From Caulobacteraceae bacterium (GTDB lineage Bacteria; Pseudomonadota; Alphaproteobacteria; Caulobacterales; Caulobacteraceae), in the NCBI GenBank assembly GCA_947474775.1, contig CANJKG010000001.1, positions 1 to 43,028 on the forward strand: DNA of 43,028 bases, read 5' to 3'. The notes beneath the pieces are model-generated. The model did no database searches and was not told the origin of the DNA. It saw only the letters and a program-made list of their open reading frames with translations. Position 1 is the first letter of the stretch; the number at the start of each line of letters is the position of its first letter. Shown here one piece after another: positions 1-9,730 of the stretch. Both the position numbers and the translations under genes were made by a program.

Positions 1-298
1 CGGCGCCGGTGTCGAGGCCGCGGATTCGGTCGGTCTCCTCGCCGCGGGCGGTGAGCATGATGATCGGCACGTTGCGGCTCTCGGGGCGCTGGCGCAGCCG
101 CCGGCAGACCTCGATCCCGGAAATCTTGGGCAGCATCCAGTCGAGCACGATGAGGTCGGGCAGGTTCTCGTCGACGTAGAGCAGCGCCTCCTCGCCGTCG
201 CCGGCGACCCGCACGGCGTAGCCTTCCTTCTCGAGATTGTACTGCAGGAGGGTGGCGAGGGAATCCTCGTCTTCGACCACCAGGATGTTTGGTTGCAA
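1..298 (-). CDS. phoB: Phosphate regulon response regulator PhoB, 3' end runs off the window
   Basis: Not in the ORF track because it is truncated. Manual translation from TTG at 298 (RBS AAGGAGG just upstream) gives MQPNILVVEDEDSLATLLQYNLEKEGYAV...DLIVLDWMLPKISGIEVCRRLR...PIIMLTARGEETDRIRGLDTGA, a receiver domain directly after phoU. Confidence 0.95.
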   Translation of the reverse strand, partial: MQPNILVVEDEDSLATLLQYNLEKEGYAVRVAGDGEEALLYVDENLPDLIVLDWMLPKISGIEVCRRLRQRPESRNVPIIMLTARGEETDRIRGLDTGA

Positions 299-311
299 GG
301 GCAGGCCTCCT

Positions 312-1007
312 TCAGACCTGGAAGGCGTCGGTTCTGGGACGGGCGGCGGAGATCATCTCCTCGCCGGTGATCTCGTAGTGGATGATCTCGGCGATGTTGG
401 TGGCGTGATCGCCGATGCGCTCGAGGTTCTTGGCCACGAACAGCAGGTGGGCGCAGGCGGTGATCGTGCGCGGATCGCCCATCATGTAGGTAAGCAGCTC
501 GCGGAACAGGCTGTTGTAGTGCTCGTCCACCTCGTCGTCCTGCGACCAGACCGAGAGCGCGCGGTCAAGGTCGGAGCGGGTGTAGGCGTCCAGCACGGTC
601 TTCATCCGGCTCAGCACCAGCTTGCCCATCCGTTCGATGGAGCGGGTGAGCGGGGTCATCGGCTCGGACTCGATGATCACCAGTGTGCGCTTGGCGATGT
701 TCTTGGCCAGGTCGCCCACCCGCTCCAGGTTGGTGGCGATCTTCATGGCGGCCACGGTCTTGCGCAGGTCGTTGGCCATGGGCTGGCGAAGGGCGATGAG
801 CCGGATGGCCTTGCGCTCGATGTCCATCTGCAGGACGTCCAGGCGCTCGTCGTGGCCGACCACCTGGCCGGCGAGCTCCTGATCGCGCCTGACCACCGCC
901 TTCAGGCAGTCTGCCACCTGGGCCTCGGTGAGACCGCCCATGCGGGTGACCTCGGCGGTGAGCACGTTGAGCTCGTCCTCGTAGGACTTGACGATGTGTT
1001 CGTTCAT
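312..1007 (-). CDS. phoU: Phosphate signalling protein PhoU
   Basis: Two PhoU repeats (RQPMANDLR, LERVGDLAKNIA, KNLERIGDHATNIAE); lies between pstB and phoB. Confidence 0.97.
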   Translation of the reverse strand: MNEHIVKSYEDELNVLTAEVTRMGGLTEAQVADCLKAVVRRDQELAGQVVGHDERLDVLQMDIERKAIRLIALRQPMANDLRKTVAAMKIATNLERVGDLAKNIAKRTLVIIESEPMTPLTRSIERMGKLVLSRMKTVLDAYTRSDLDRALSVWSQDDEVDEHYNSLFRELLTYMMGDPRTITACAHLLFVAKNLERIGDHATNIAEIIHYEITGEEMISAARPRTDAFQV

Positions 1008-1037
1008 GGCGCTTCGACCCTAGCTCTGACTCTGGCC

Positions 1038-1913
1038 CTAGCCGAACCGGCCGGTGATGTAGTCCTGGGTGCGGGTGTCCCGCGGGTTGGTGAAGATCTC
1101 GTCGGTAGGACCCGCCTCCACCAGCTTGCCCAGGTGGAAGAAGGCGGTCTTCTGCGACACCCGCGCGGCCTGCGCCATGGAGTGGGTCACGATGACGATG
1201 CAGTACTGGGTGCGCAGCTCGTCGATCAGCTCCTCGATCTTGGCGGTGGCGATGGGGTCGAGCGCCGAACAGGGCTCGTCCATCAGGATCACCTCGGGAT
1301 TGACCGCGATGGCGCGGGCGATGACCAGGCGCTGCTGCTGGCCGCCGGAGAGGCCGGTGCCGGGCTGGTCCAGGCGCTCGGATACCTCGTTCCAGAGGCC
1401 GGCGCGCTTCAGGGAGGTCTCCACGATGCCCTCCAGCTCCGTCTTGCTGGACGATATGCCGTGGATGCGTGGGCCGTAGGCGACGTTCTCGAAGATGCTC
1501 TTCGGGAAGGGGTTGGGCTTCTGGAACACCATGCCGACCCGGGCGCGCAGCAGCACCGGGTCCAGGCCCTTGTCGTTGACGTCCTCGCCGTCCAGATCGA
1601 TCCGGCCGGTCACCCGGCAACCGGCGATGGTGTCGTTCATCCGGTTGATGCAGCGAAGGAAGGTGGACTTGCCGCAGCCGGACGGGCCGATCAGCGAAGT
1701 CACCGCCCGCTCCGGCATATCCAGCGAGATGTCGAAGAGCGCCTGCTTGTCGCCGTAGAACACATTCACGTCGCGGGCGGAGAGCTTGGCGCCGGCGAGC
1801 GGCGTGGTCTGGACGGGCGGGGCGTCGATGCGGATCGCCGCCGTTTCGCGGGTCGCGGCCTCGTCGCGCGAACTGGGCATGTCGGACCTCGGGGGTGGGG
1901 GACGAAAGTTCAT
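1038..1913 (-). CDS. pstB: Phosphate ABC transporter ATPase PstB
   Basis: Walker [41 protein letters not shown]-terminal YITGRFG. Confidence 0.97.
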   Translation of the reverse strand: MNFRPPPPRSDMPSSRDEAATRETAAIRIDAPPVQTTPLAGAKLSARDVNVFYGDKQALFDISLDMPERAVTSLIGPSGCGKSTFLRCINRMNDTIAGCRVTGRIDLDGEDVNDKGLDPVLLRARVGMVFQKPNPFPKSIFENVAYGPRIHGISSSKTELEGIVETSLKRAGLWNEVSERLDQPGTGLSGGQQQRLVIARAIAVNPEVILMDEPCSALDPIATAKIEELIDELRTQYCIVIVTHSMAQAARVSQKTAFFHLGKLVEAGPTDEIFTNPRDTRTQDYITGRFG

Positions 1914-1917
1914 GGGA

Positions 1918-3219
1918 TCACCAGCGGCGTTCGAACCGGCGGCGCAGCAGGATGGCGGCCAGGTTCATGACGATCATAAAGATCAGGAGGACGATGATCG
2001 CGCCCGCGGTGCGCTCGTGGAACGCCCGCTCCGACGCGTTCTCCCAAATGAACACCTGCACCGGCAGCACGGTGGCGGCCTCGGTGACGGCCTGGGGCAC
2101 GCCGGGCACGAAGGAGACCATGCCGATCATCAGCAGGGGCGCGGTCTCGCCGAGCGCGTGGGCCAGGGACAGGATCGCCCCGGTCATCACCCCGGGCATG
2201 GCCAGCGGCAGGACGTGGTGGAAGACGGTCTGGGTCTTCGACGCGCCGACGCCCAGGGCGGCCTCGCGGATCGAGGGCGGCACGGCCTTGAGGGCGGCGC
2301 GGGTGGCGATGATCACGGTGGGGAGGGCCATCAAGGCCAGCACCAGCCCGCCCAGCAGGGGCGACGACCGGGGCACGTGCAGCCAGTTGATGAACACCGC
2401 CAGTCCTAGGAGGCCGTAGACGATGGAGGGCACGGCGGCGAGGTTGTTGATGTTCACCTCGATGATGTCGGTCCAGCGGTTCTTGGGCGCGAACTCCTCG
2501 AGGTAGGTGGCGGCCAGCATGCCGATCGGCACGGCCAGGACGGCGGTGACCAGCAGCATCATCGCCGAGCCGACGACGGCGCCCAGCACCCCGGCCTGTT
2601 CCGGCTCGGTGGAGTCCGAGCGGGTGAGGAATTGGGTGTTGAAGCCGCCGGAGACCATGCCCATCGACTTGATCCTGTCGAGCCAGGCCAGCTGGCGGTC
2701 GTCCAGCTTGCGGTCCCCCTGGGGGGTGGAGCGCTTGATCTGTCCCTTGTAGTAGAGGGCCGCGTCGGCGCGCACGGGGCCAGTGACCGTCACCGTCTTG
2801 CCGATCAGCGAGGGATCGTCGCGCACCTGCGACAGCAGCTGGAAGCCCAGGTCGTTGGAGAGCAGCTCCATCGCCTTGGCGGAGGTCTCGCCGTACTCGT
2901 CGTCCTTCTCGCCGAGCTTGACCATCACCGCCTCGGCCACCAGCAGGTCGAAGTTGGCGCTGGCGACATCGTCGCGCTGGACCTTGGCGGGGTCGATGTA
3001 GACCGCCACGCTCATCCGATAGTCGAAGAAGGTTGACGCCCCCTGGTGGATGATGCGGCCGAGCAGGACCACCAGGAAGCTGAGCGCCAGGACGATGGCC
3101 AGCTGGCCATAGAACTTGAAGCGAGCTTCCTGCGCCTGGCGGGCCTTCAGCCGGCTCTGCACAAGGGACCGCAGGTCCTTGGCCCCGGCGGCGGTGGGAG
3201 GGATGGCCGCGTCAGTCAT
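1918..3219 (-). CDS. pstA: Phosphate ABC transporter permease PstA with N-terminal periplasmic extension
   Basis: [29 protein letters not shown] and GETAPLL motifs; operon position. Confidence 0.95.
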   Translation of the reverse strand: MTDAAIPPTAAGAKDLRSLVQSRLKARQAQEARFKFYGQLAIVLALSFLVVLLGRIIHQGASTFFDYRMSVAVYIDPAKVQRDDVASANFDLLVAEAVMVKLGEKDDEYGETSAKAMELLSNDLGFQLLSQVRDDPSLIGKTVTVTGPVRADAALYYKGQIKRSTPQGDRKLDDRQLAWLDRIKSMGMVSGGFNTQFLTRSDSTEPEQAGVLGAVVGSAMMLLVTAVLAVPIGMLAATYLEEFAPKNRWTDIIEVNINNLAAVPSIVYGLLGLAVFINWLHVPRSSPLLGGLVLALMALPTVIIATRAALKAVPPSIREAALGVGASKTQTVFHHVLPLAMPGVMTGAILSLAHALGETAPLLMIGMVSFVPGVPQAVTEAATVLPVQVFIWENASERAFHERTAGAIIVLLIFMIVMNLAAILLRRRFERRW

Positions 3220-4651
3220 ATTGTTCCCGGTACTTCTGCACGATGCGCAGGGCCACGATGTTGAGCGCCAGCGTCACCGCGAACAGGGTCAGGCCGAGAC
3301 CGAAGGCCGACAGGGTCTTGGCGCTGTCGAACTCCTGGTCGCCGGTGAGCAGGGTGACGATCTGCACCGTCACCGTGGTCACCGAGTCCAGCGGGTTGAG
3401 GGTCATGCGGGCCTGCAGGCCGGCCGCCATGGTGACGATCATGGTCTCGCCCACCGCCCGCGACACCGCCAGCAGCAGGGCGCCCATGACGCCTGGGAGG
3501 GCGGCGGGCAGCACCACCTTCTTGACCGTCTCGGACTTTGTGGCGCCCATCGCCAGGCTGCCGTCCCGCAGCGACTGGGGCACGGCGTTGAGGATGTCGT
3601 CGGACAGGGAGCACACGAAGGGGATGAGCATGATGCCCATCACCGCGCCGGCCACCAGGGCCATCTGGTTCTGCACCTGGCCGAGGTAGACGCCGAGCTC
3701 GTTCAGCGGGCCGCCTATCAGCTGCGCCCCGATGGCGTTGAAGCCCGCGCGGAACAGGGGGCCCACCGTGAGCGCGGCGAAGAAGCCGTAGACCACCGTG
3801 GGGACGCCGGCCAGGACCTCCAGCAGCGGCTTGACCACCGCCCGCGTCCAGCCTCCGGCGTACTCGGCCAGGTAGATGGCGGCGAACAGGCCTATGGGCG
3901 CGGCCACCACCATCGCCACGAGCATGACCAGGAAGGTGCCCACGAACAGCGGCACGGCCCCGAACGCGCCCTTGGAGGCGTACTGGTCGGCGCGCATGGC
4001 GATCTGCGGATCCCAGTCCGTCCCGAACAGGAAGTCGATGGGCGAGACCATCTGGAAGAACCGCCAGCTCTCGAAGGCCAGGGAGGCGACGATACCGGCT
4101 GTGGTCAACACCGCCACCACCGAGCAGGCGATGAACAGGGCCGCCGTCCAGCCTTCCACCCGGTTGCGGGCGCGGAAATCGGGCGCGAGGCGGCGCAAGG
4201 CGATCAGGAAGCCCCCCGCCGCCAGCACTACGGCGAGCACGAGGACGGTGAGCCGCACACCCTGGTCGAGCCGCCGGGCCTCCGCGGCCTTGGCGTCCAG
4301 CGCCGCCTGCACGGCGGCGTCATAGGTCGTTTCGCTGCGGGTCTGACCCTGGCTAAGGGATATGGCGTCGTCGAAGAACACCCGCTGCTGCTGGGCGTCC
4401 ATCGTCCGGACGACGGCGGGCGCCTCGGCCTGCAGCAGGGCGGCCTCGATGCGGCTCGAGAAGCCGATGTGGACCAGCAGCAGCAGCAGGGCGGGAACCG
4501 CCGCCCACAGGGTGAGATAGGCCCCGTGGTAGCCGGGGCGCGAATGCGGCTGGGCCCCGGCGGCCACCGCGGCGACCAGTCTGCGGCGACCTATGACGTA
4601 GGCGCATGCGGAGAATATGAGTAGCGCGGCCATCGCCGCCCAGGTGATCAT
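3212..4651 (-). CDS. pstC: Phosphate ABC transporter permease PstC
   Basis: KPLLEVLAGVPTVVYGFF and SRAVGETMIV motifs. The ATG at 4651 is preferred to the GTG at 4687 because a purine-rich RBS precedes it. Confidence 0.95.
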   Translation of the reverse strand: MITWAAMAALLIFSACAYVIGRRRLVAAVAAGAQPHSRPGYHGAYLTLWAAVPALLLLLVHIGFSSRIEAALLQAEAPAVVRTMDAQQQRVFFDDAISLSQGQTRSETTYDAAVQAALDAKAAEARRLDQGVRLTVLVLAVVLAAGGFLIALRRLAPDFRARNRVEGWTAALFIACSVVAVLTTAGIVASLAFESWRFFQMVSPIDFLFGTDWDPQIAMRADQYASKGAFGAVPLFVGTFLVMLVAMVVAAPIGLFAAIYLAEYAGGWTRAVVKPLLEVLAGVPTVVYGFFAALTVGPLFRAGFNAIGAQLIGGPLNELGVYLGQVQNQMALVAGAVMGIMLIPFVCSLSDDILNAVPQSLRDGSLAMGATKSETVKKVVLPAALPGVMGALLLAVSRAVGETMIVTMAAGLQARMTLNPLDSVTTVTVQIVTLLTGDQEFDSAKTLSAFGLGLTLFAVTLALNIVALRIVQKYREQYD

Positions 4652-4740
4652 CGATCGTTCCCGTCCATGGACGTTCGCGGCGGACACGCTCGGGCGCCCC
4701 GGCCCCTCCGCGGCGGCTTACCGGCCGAGTGCTCATCCCA

Positions 4741-4770
4741 TGCTACAGTTCTGTGACAGTTTCGCGACGG
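4741..4770 (-). promoter_or_regulatory. PHO box array (three 11-bp units) upstream of pstC, inside the last codons of phoR
   Basis: Minus strand reads CCGTCGCGAAA CTGTCACAGAA CTGTAGCA, with 11-bp periodicity matching the CTGTCAY-N4 PhoB consensus, about 90 bp upstream of pstC. Confidence 0.8.
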
Positions 4771-6167
4771 TCGACGGGCTCCCCTTCGGGGACCGTGCGC
4801 GGGACCAGTGGCAGATAGACCGCGAAGGTCGACCCCTGCCCCGGCGCGCTCTCCACGGTGAGGCCCCCCCGGTGGCGGTTGGCGATGTGCTTGACGATCG
4901 CCAGGCCGAGCCCCGTGCCGGCGCGCTCGCCACTCTTCTGGCCGTCGACCCTGTAGAAGCGCTCGGTGAGCCTGGGCAGGTTCTCGCGGGCGATGCCGGG
5001 GCCGGAGTCGCTTACGCGCAGCCGGGCGTAGGTCTCGACGGAGTGGTCAGGAGTCAACAGCGACAGCCGTGCGGCGTCAGGGCGCGCGCCTTGGACCGCG
5101 GCCTCTGCGCCCAGGTCCACATCCAACTCCAGGCGCACGGCGGCGCCGGATTCCGAATACTTCAGGGCGTTGTCGACCAGGTTCTGGACCACCTGGACGA
5201 TCTGGTCGCGGTCGCCGGTGACCAGGGCGGCGCCGGCCGGCGGCAGTCGCGGCTCCAGGGCCACACCCCGTTCCCGGGCCAGCGGCGCAATGGCGTCGAG
5301 CACGTCGTTGACGGCGGCCCCGAGGTCCACGCGGTCGGTGGGCGCGACGTGCTCGTTGAGCTCGATACGGCTGAGCGACATCAGGTCGTCGATCAGGCGC
5401 GACATCCGCTCGGCCTGGGCCTGCATGATCGACAGGAAGCGGTCGCGAGCCTCGACGTCGTCGCGGGCATGGCCGCGCAGGGTCTCGATGAACCCGGACA
5501 GGGAGGCGAGCGGGGTGCGCAGCTCATGGCTGGCGTTGGCCATGAAGTCGGTGCGGGTCCGCTCCACCCGCCGGCCCTCGGTCTCGTCGCGCAGGACCAG
5601 GACCGCCAAGTGGGAACCGTCAAGCCCCAGGCCCAGCGGACGGGCGTGAGCGCGCAACACCCGCGCCTGGGCTCCGCCGGTCTCATAGACCGTCTCGGCG
5701 TCCATGGCGCCGAACAGGGCCTCGTCGACGGCCTCCAGCACTTCCGGCGCGCGGATCACGGTCACCAGCCGGCCCTCCGGGTCACGGATCTTCAGGAGGT
5801 CGCGGGCGGCGCTGTTGGCGAAGATGTAGCGGCGGCTGGTCAGGTCGTCGGGCTCCAGCGCCGCGATCACCAGGATCGGATCGGGCAGGATGTTGACCAG
5901 GCTGGCGTAGGGCGGCGCGGCGGCCTCGGCCCGGGTCGCCGGCTGGGCGCCGACGGCGTCGGCGTCGCCGGTCATCGAGCCGCGCAGGATAGCGAATCCA
6001 GTCACCGCCGCCACCGCCAGCACGGCAAGGGTCGCGTCCAGCACCCACATCCGTTCGAGGACGGCCAAGGTCGTGATCGCCGCGCAGCCCGCGCCGCCGG
6101 CCAGGGCGGTCGGCCACAACGGGACATCGGTCCTGCGGCGCGCCGGCGGAACAGACGCAGAAGTCAC
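4743..6167 (-). CDS. phoR: Phosphate regulon sensor histidine kinase PhoR
   Basis: Two N-terminal TM segments, PAS-like region, H-box DFMANASHELRTPL, N-box NLVDNALKY, DSGPGI, ERFYRVD, GTGLGLAIVKH; sits upstream of pstC. Confidence 0.93.
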   Translation of the reverse strand: MTSASVPPARRRTDVPLWPTALAGGAGCAAITTLAVLERMWVLDATLAVLAVAAVTGFAILRGSMTGDADAVGAQPATRAEAAAPPYASLVNILPDPILVIAALEPDDLTSRRYIFANSAARDLLKIRDPEGRLVTVIRAPEVLEAVDEALFGAMDAETVYETGGAQARVLRAHARPLGLGLDGSHLAVLVLRDETEGRRVERTRTDFMANASHELRTPLASLSGFIETLRGHARDDVEARDRFLSIMQAQAERMSRLIDDLMSLSRIELNEHVAPTDRVDLGAAVNDVLDAIAPLARERGVALEPRLPPAGAALVTGDRDQIVQVVQNLVDNALKYSESGAAVRLELDVDLGAEAAVQGARPDAARLSLLTPDHSVETYARLRVSDSGPGIARENLPRLTERFYRVDGQKSGERAGTGLGLAIVKHIANRHRGGLTVESAPGQGSTFAVYLPLVPRTVPEGEPVDRRETVTEL

Positions 6168-6209
6168 GGCGAATCTCCCTCAGCGAAAGCATCCAGCATC
6201 GCCCGTGCC

Positions 6210-6227
6210 GTGTCACCGTTATGACAC
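6210..6227. promoter_or_regulatory. PHO-box-like site between divergent phoR and SemiSWEET
   Basis: Minus strand reads GTGTCAT-AACG-GTGACAC (two half-sites at 11-bp spacing). The site is also a palindrome, GTGTCA-N6-TGACAC. Confidence 0.55.
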
Positions 6228-6326
6228 CGACGGGCCGGCGCGTCGCCATTGTGGAACCGTCCACAGGCTTGGCCCTTTCGCCTAGGCGGGCGACCCATCG
6301 TCACCCCCGTGGGGGCCGGAGCGCGG

Positions 6327-6593
6327 ATGTCACAGATCGCCAACATCGTCGGGACGGCCGCCGCCGTTTGCTCGATGGTCAGCTTCACCCCCCAGATCGT
6401 GAAGATCTGGCGCGAGCGCGACGCATCCTCGGTGTCGCTACGGATGTACGTCGTCACCTTCACCGGATTCGCCCTCTGGACGGCCTATGGCTTTCTAACC
6501 GGAAGCTGGCCGGTGATCGGCGCCAACCTCGTGTGCCTGGGGCTGGCGGCCATCATCCTCGCGCTCAAGTGGAGGTTAGGCCGCCATAATTGA
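6327..6593 (+). CDS. SemiSWEET / PQ-loop family sugar transporter
   Basis: 88 aa from the ATG at 6327; three TM helices; SFTPQIVKIWRERDASSVS, LWTAYG and PVIGAN motifs. Confidence 0.9.
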   Translation: MSQIANIVGTAAAVCSMVSFTPQIVKIWRERDASSVSLRMYVVTFTGFALWTAYGFLTGSWPVIGANLVCLGLAAIILALKWRLGRHN

Positions 6594-6670
6594 CGCCTCG
6601 CGGCCGCCGCTCTAGCCAGGGCAGAGCGGGAGCCGTAAGCAAGCGCTTCGGCGCATGAGGGAAGGTCGGA

Positions 6671-8962
6671 ATGAACGAGCGTTTGGCGGCGGCCGACGCC
6701 GCCCTCAAGGCGGGGCAGGGGGCCGACGCAATCGAGCATCTGGTCGCCGCCGTCTCGGCGGAGCCCGTGCAGCCGCTCCAAGTCTATCGCACCCTGCTGA
6801 CCCAGTTCTACCTCGCCGGCCGCCGCATCGAGGGGTTGGAGTGGGCGGACAAGGCCATCGAGCGTCATCCAAAGGACTTCCAGCTCTGGAACTTGCGCGG
6901 CGTGATGCTGCGCCAGTTGAAGCGCCACCCTGAAGCCCTGGCGTCGCTGGAGACCGCCTTCAAGCTCGCACCCAACGATATCAGCGTGCAGGTCAACCGC
7001 GGCAACGTCCTGATGGACACCGGCGACTATGTCCGCGCCGAAGCCGCGTTCTCGAAACTGGCCCGCGTCGAGCCGCGCAACGCCGAGCACCACCGGATGC
7101 TGGGCCGCGCGCTTATCCGCCAAGGAAAGCGGGACGCGGCCATGGTCCGCTTCCGCCAGGCGGTGGGTGTCAACAAGCAGCACATCGACGCCTGGCTCGA
7201 CATCATGAGCCACCAGCTGGAGCAGCATAAGGTCGCCGCCGCGGAGGCCACCGCCGACAAGGCGTTGGAGGCCAATCCGGATCACGAGCGGCTGCTGGAG
7301 ACCAAGGCCATCATCCTGCGCCGGAGCAGCCAGCTGCGCCGGGCCGAGGCCTATATGCTCGATCTGCTCCCCCGCTTCCCCAAGGCGGCCTGGCTGCACT
7401 ACCAGCTGGGGGGAACGATCTCGGAATGGAACCGCGAACGCGCCAACGGCCACCTTCGCCTGGCGATGAGCATGGCGCCCGACAAACTCGACTACCGCAT
7501 GGCCCTGATCGAGAGCCTGGAGCGCACGCGCACCGGCGATGAGGGCGCCAATATCCAGGAGGCCTACGAGCTCGCCGAGGCCGCCCTGGACCTGGTTCCA
7601 GAGAACCCCAATCCCGCCCATATGAAGATCCTCTACGAGGTGTTCGTCAGGGTCAGCGGCTTCGACGAACTGGACCGCCTGGGCGATCCCAACTGGCTGG
7701 GGCGCATGTGGGCCGAGTCCGGCAAGCACACCGCGCTGCTGAAACTGCTGGCCCAGGTCAAGACACTCGAGGACCGCTACGAACTCCTGGAGAGCCATCG
7801 GGTCTGGGGCCGCGCGGCCGAGAAGCAGGCCGCCGAGCATCCGATCCGCAGGCCGCCGCCGCGGCCGGCGGGCGGAAAGATCCGCCTGGGGCTGCTGTCG
7901 TCCGACCTGCGCCGCCACCCGGTGGGCTATTTCGCCCTGCCCCTGTTCGAGCACGTGGATACCGAGCGGTTCGAGGTCTACTGCTACTCCTTCTACCAGG
8001 GCGATAAGGTGGACAACGTCCAGGAATTCATCACCTCCAAATCGGCGGCCTACCGCTGGCAGCCGGACATCAGCTCCCGCGACGCGGCGCAGATGATCGC
8101 CGAGGACCAGATCGACATGCTGATCGAGCTGGGCGGCACAACCCACATGAACAAGCTCGACGTGATGTCCTATCGGCCGGCGAAGCTGCAGGCGAGCTGG
8201 CTGGGGTATCCGCATTCCGCCGGACTGGAGACCATCGACTACCTCGTCTGCGATCCCTACACCGCGCCTCCGCGCCTCGACCTGCTGGTCGAAAAGCCGC
8301 TGCTGATGCCCAGGAGCTGGATCGCATTGGGCCGGATGGTCTTCTCGGAGGACCATGTGATCGAGCCCGGCCTGCCGCAGGATAAGACCGGCCGCATCAC
8401 CTTCGGCACCGCCAACAATCCCCACAAGTACAACCGCGGCATGTTCCAGCTGTGGTCGAAGGTCCTGCTGGCCACGCCGGGGTCGGAGTTCCTGTTCATC
8501 CGGCCGGAGGGCGGCACCGCGGCCTTCCGCAAGAACATCCACGCGCAGTTCGAGATGAACGGCGTCGATCCGGCGCGCATCAAGTTCAACGCCGTGCGCG
8601 GCCGGCACATGCCCGTCTACAACCAGGTGGATATCACCCTGGATACAGTCCCGCTCACCGGCGGCACCACCACCACCGAGGCCCTGTGGATGGGCGTGCC
8701 GGTGATCAGCCTGATCGGCGAGGCCTTCTTCGAGCGCCTGTCGGCCTCGATCATGGCCAACAGCAACGTCGGCGACCTGGCCACCACCGACCCCGACGAA
8801 TTCGTCAGGATCGCCGCCGCCCTGGCCGGCGACCGGGCCCGTCGGCTGGAGATGCGCCAAAATCTGCGCGAATGGATGAAGGCCGGACCCCTGGGCCAGA
8901 CCGAACAGTTCGCCGCCGACTTCTACGACATGATCGCGCGCACGGTTCGGGGGCCGGCCTAG
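6671..8962 (+). CDS. TPR-containing GT41 (O-GlcNAc transferase/SPINDLY-like) protein glycosyltransferase, copy 1
   Basis: N-terminal TPR-like helices (WNLRGVMLRQLKRHPEAL, NRGNVLMDTGDY). C-terminal motifs RLGLLSSDLRRHPVG, QASWLGYPHSAG, FGTANNPHK and DITLDTVPLTGGTTTTEALWMGVPV. Confidence 0.88.
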   Translation: MNERLAAADAALKAGQGADAIEHLVAAVSAEPVQPLQVYRTLLTQFYLAGRRIEGLEWADKAIERHPKDFQLWNLRGVMLRQLKRHPEALASLETAFKLAPNDISVQVNRGNVLMDTGDYVRAEAAFSKLARVEPRNAEHHRMLGRALIRQGKRDAAMVRFRQAVGVNKQHIDAWLDIMSHQLEQHKVAAAEATADKALEANPDHERLLETKAIILRRSSQLRRAEAYMLDLLPRFPKAAWLHYQLGGTISEWNRERANGHLRLAMSMAPDKLDYRMALIESLERTRTGDEGANIQEAYELAEAALDLVPENPNPAHMKILYEVFVRVSGFDELDRLGDPNWLGRMWAESGKHTALLKLLAQVKTLEDRYELLESHRVWGRAAEKQAAEHPIRRPPPRPAGGKIRLGLLSSDLRRHPVGYFALPLFEHVDTERFEVYCYSFYQGDKVDNVQEFITSKSAAYRWQPDISSRDAAQMIAEDQIDMLIELGGTTHMNKLDVMSYRPAKLQASWLGYPHSAGLETIDYLVCDPYTAPPRLDLLVEKPLLMPRSWIALGRMVFSEDHVIEPGLPQDKTGRITFGTANNPHKYNRGMFQLWSKVLLATPGSEFLFIRPEGGTAAFRKNIHAQFEMNGVDPARIKFNAVRGRHMPVYNQVDITLDTVPLTGGTTTTEALWMGVPVISLIGEAFFERLSASIMANSNVGDLATTDPDEFVRIAAALAGDRARRLEMRQNLREWMKAGPLGQTEQFAADFYDMIARTVRGPA

Positions 8963-9034
8963 AGCAAGATGCGATCTGACGGAATCGTCCGATGGTTGAT
9001 TCGCGCTCCAACATCAAAGACTTAGAGCGCGATC
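8959..9034. repeat. Degenerate CTAG-bounded intergenic palindromic element (CIR-like)
   Basis: Starts CTAGAGCAAGAT on the TAG stop of the GT41 gene and contains GAATC and GATTC. Aligns loosely by eye with the reverse complement of 27521-27626 (ctagagca.gat...ggaatc...gctc.aa..caaag..tagagc). Confidence 0.6.
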
Positions 9035-9079
9035 AGTTGCGGGAGGAGGACCATTCAACTCCGGCGACGGTTGCGAGCG

Positions 9080-9730
9080 TCAGCGGAAGTATTCCTGCAT
9101 CAGGTCGTCGGGGCGGCGGCGGAAGGTGAGTTCGCCGGGGGCGCCGGCGTAGGCGATGGAGCCCCTGGGCACGTGCTTGTTCACGGCGCTGACGCCTTGC
9201 GAGATCACCACGTCGTCCTCGATCACCGAGCGGCCGATGACCGCGGTGTTGGGGTAGAGCACCACGCGGTCGCCGATGCTGGGTATGTCGGCCTTGTGCC
9301 GGCCGACGGTGGAGTTCTGATAGAGCACCAGGTGGTTCCCATAGACCGCCTTGGCCAGCACGATACCCACGCTGTGGCCGATGTAGAACACCTCCGGCAT
9401 GGCGATCTCGTAGAACAGGTCGATGCCGTTGAAGGCCTTGTTCATCAGGAACAGGCGCGTGGGAGCGGCGGTCTCGCCGGATTGCTTCCAGATCGTGTTC
9501 GCCAGGAAATACAGATAGATGCAGTGCTGCGAGGACTGCAGGATGTTGAACTGTCCGGGCCGCCAGGGGGCGCAGGCGTCGATCAGCTTCGACAGGCGGG
9601 CCAGCGCCTCATCCAGGTGGGCGTCGATGCTGGCGCGGAAGGCCTCCGACCGGCCGTCGGGGACCACCGCCTCGCCCTGGCGCACCGTATAGTCGATCAG
9701 GCTCGCACGGGTGTGGTCGACCAGCTTCAT
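9080..9730 (-). CDS. Serine O-acetyltransferase-like left-handed beta-helix acyltransferase
   Basis: The ATG at 9730 overlaps the upstream stop (ATGA). Hexapeptide region FYIGHSVGIVLAKAVYGNHLVLYQNSTVG...PSIGDRVVLYPNTAVIG. The N-terminal 112 aa of the track ORF are an overlap artefact. Confidence 0.8.
   Translation of the reverse strand: MKLVDHTRASLIDYTVRQGEAVVPDGRSEAFRASIDAHLDEALARLSKLIDACAPWRPGQFNILQSSQHCIYLYFLANTIWKQSGETAAPTRLFLMNKAFNGIDLFYEIAMPEVFYIGHSVGIVLAKAVYGNHLVLYQNSTVGRHKADIPSIGDRVVLYPNTAVIGRSVIEDDVVISQGVSAVNKHVPRGSIAYAGAPGELTFRRRPDDLMQEYFR

Noticed and set aside
1-6167. Absence of pstS from the pst operon
   Set aside because: This is the known arrangement in Caulobacter, where pstS is unlinked.
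237-6224. Long plus-strand ORFs (237-1970, 3116-4624, 4617-6224) over the pho/pst genes
   Set aside because: Antisense shadow frames typical of high-GC coding DNA; no motifs, and the minus-strand genes are unambiguous.
6485-8860. 791-aa minus-strand ORF, and similar shadows at 11626-12822, 22373-23959, 24186-25925, 34670-36124 and 40161-41468
   Set aside because: Fully overlap well-supported genes; composition reflects reverse-complement or shifted codon bias.
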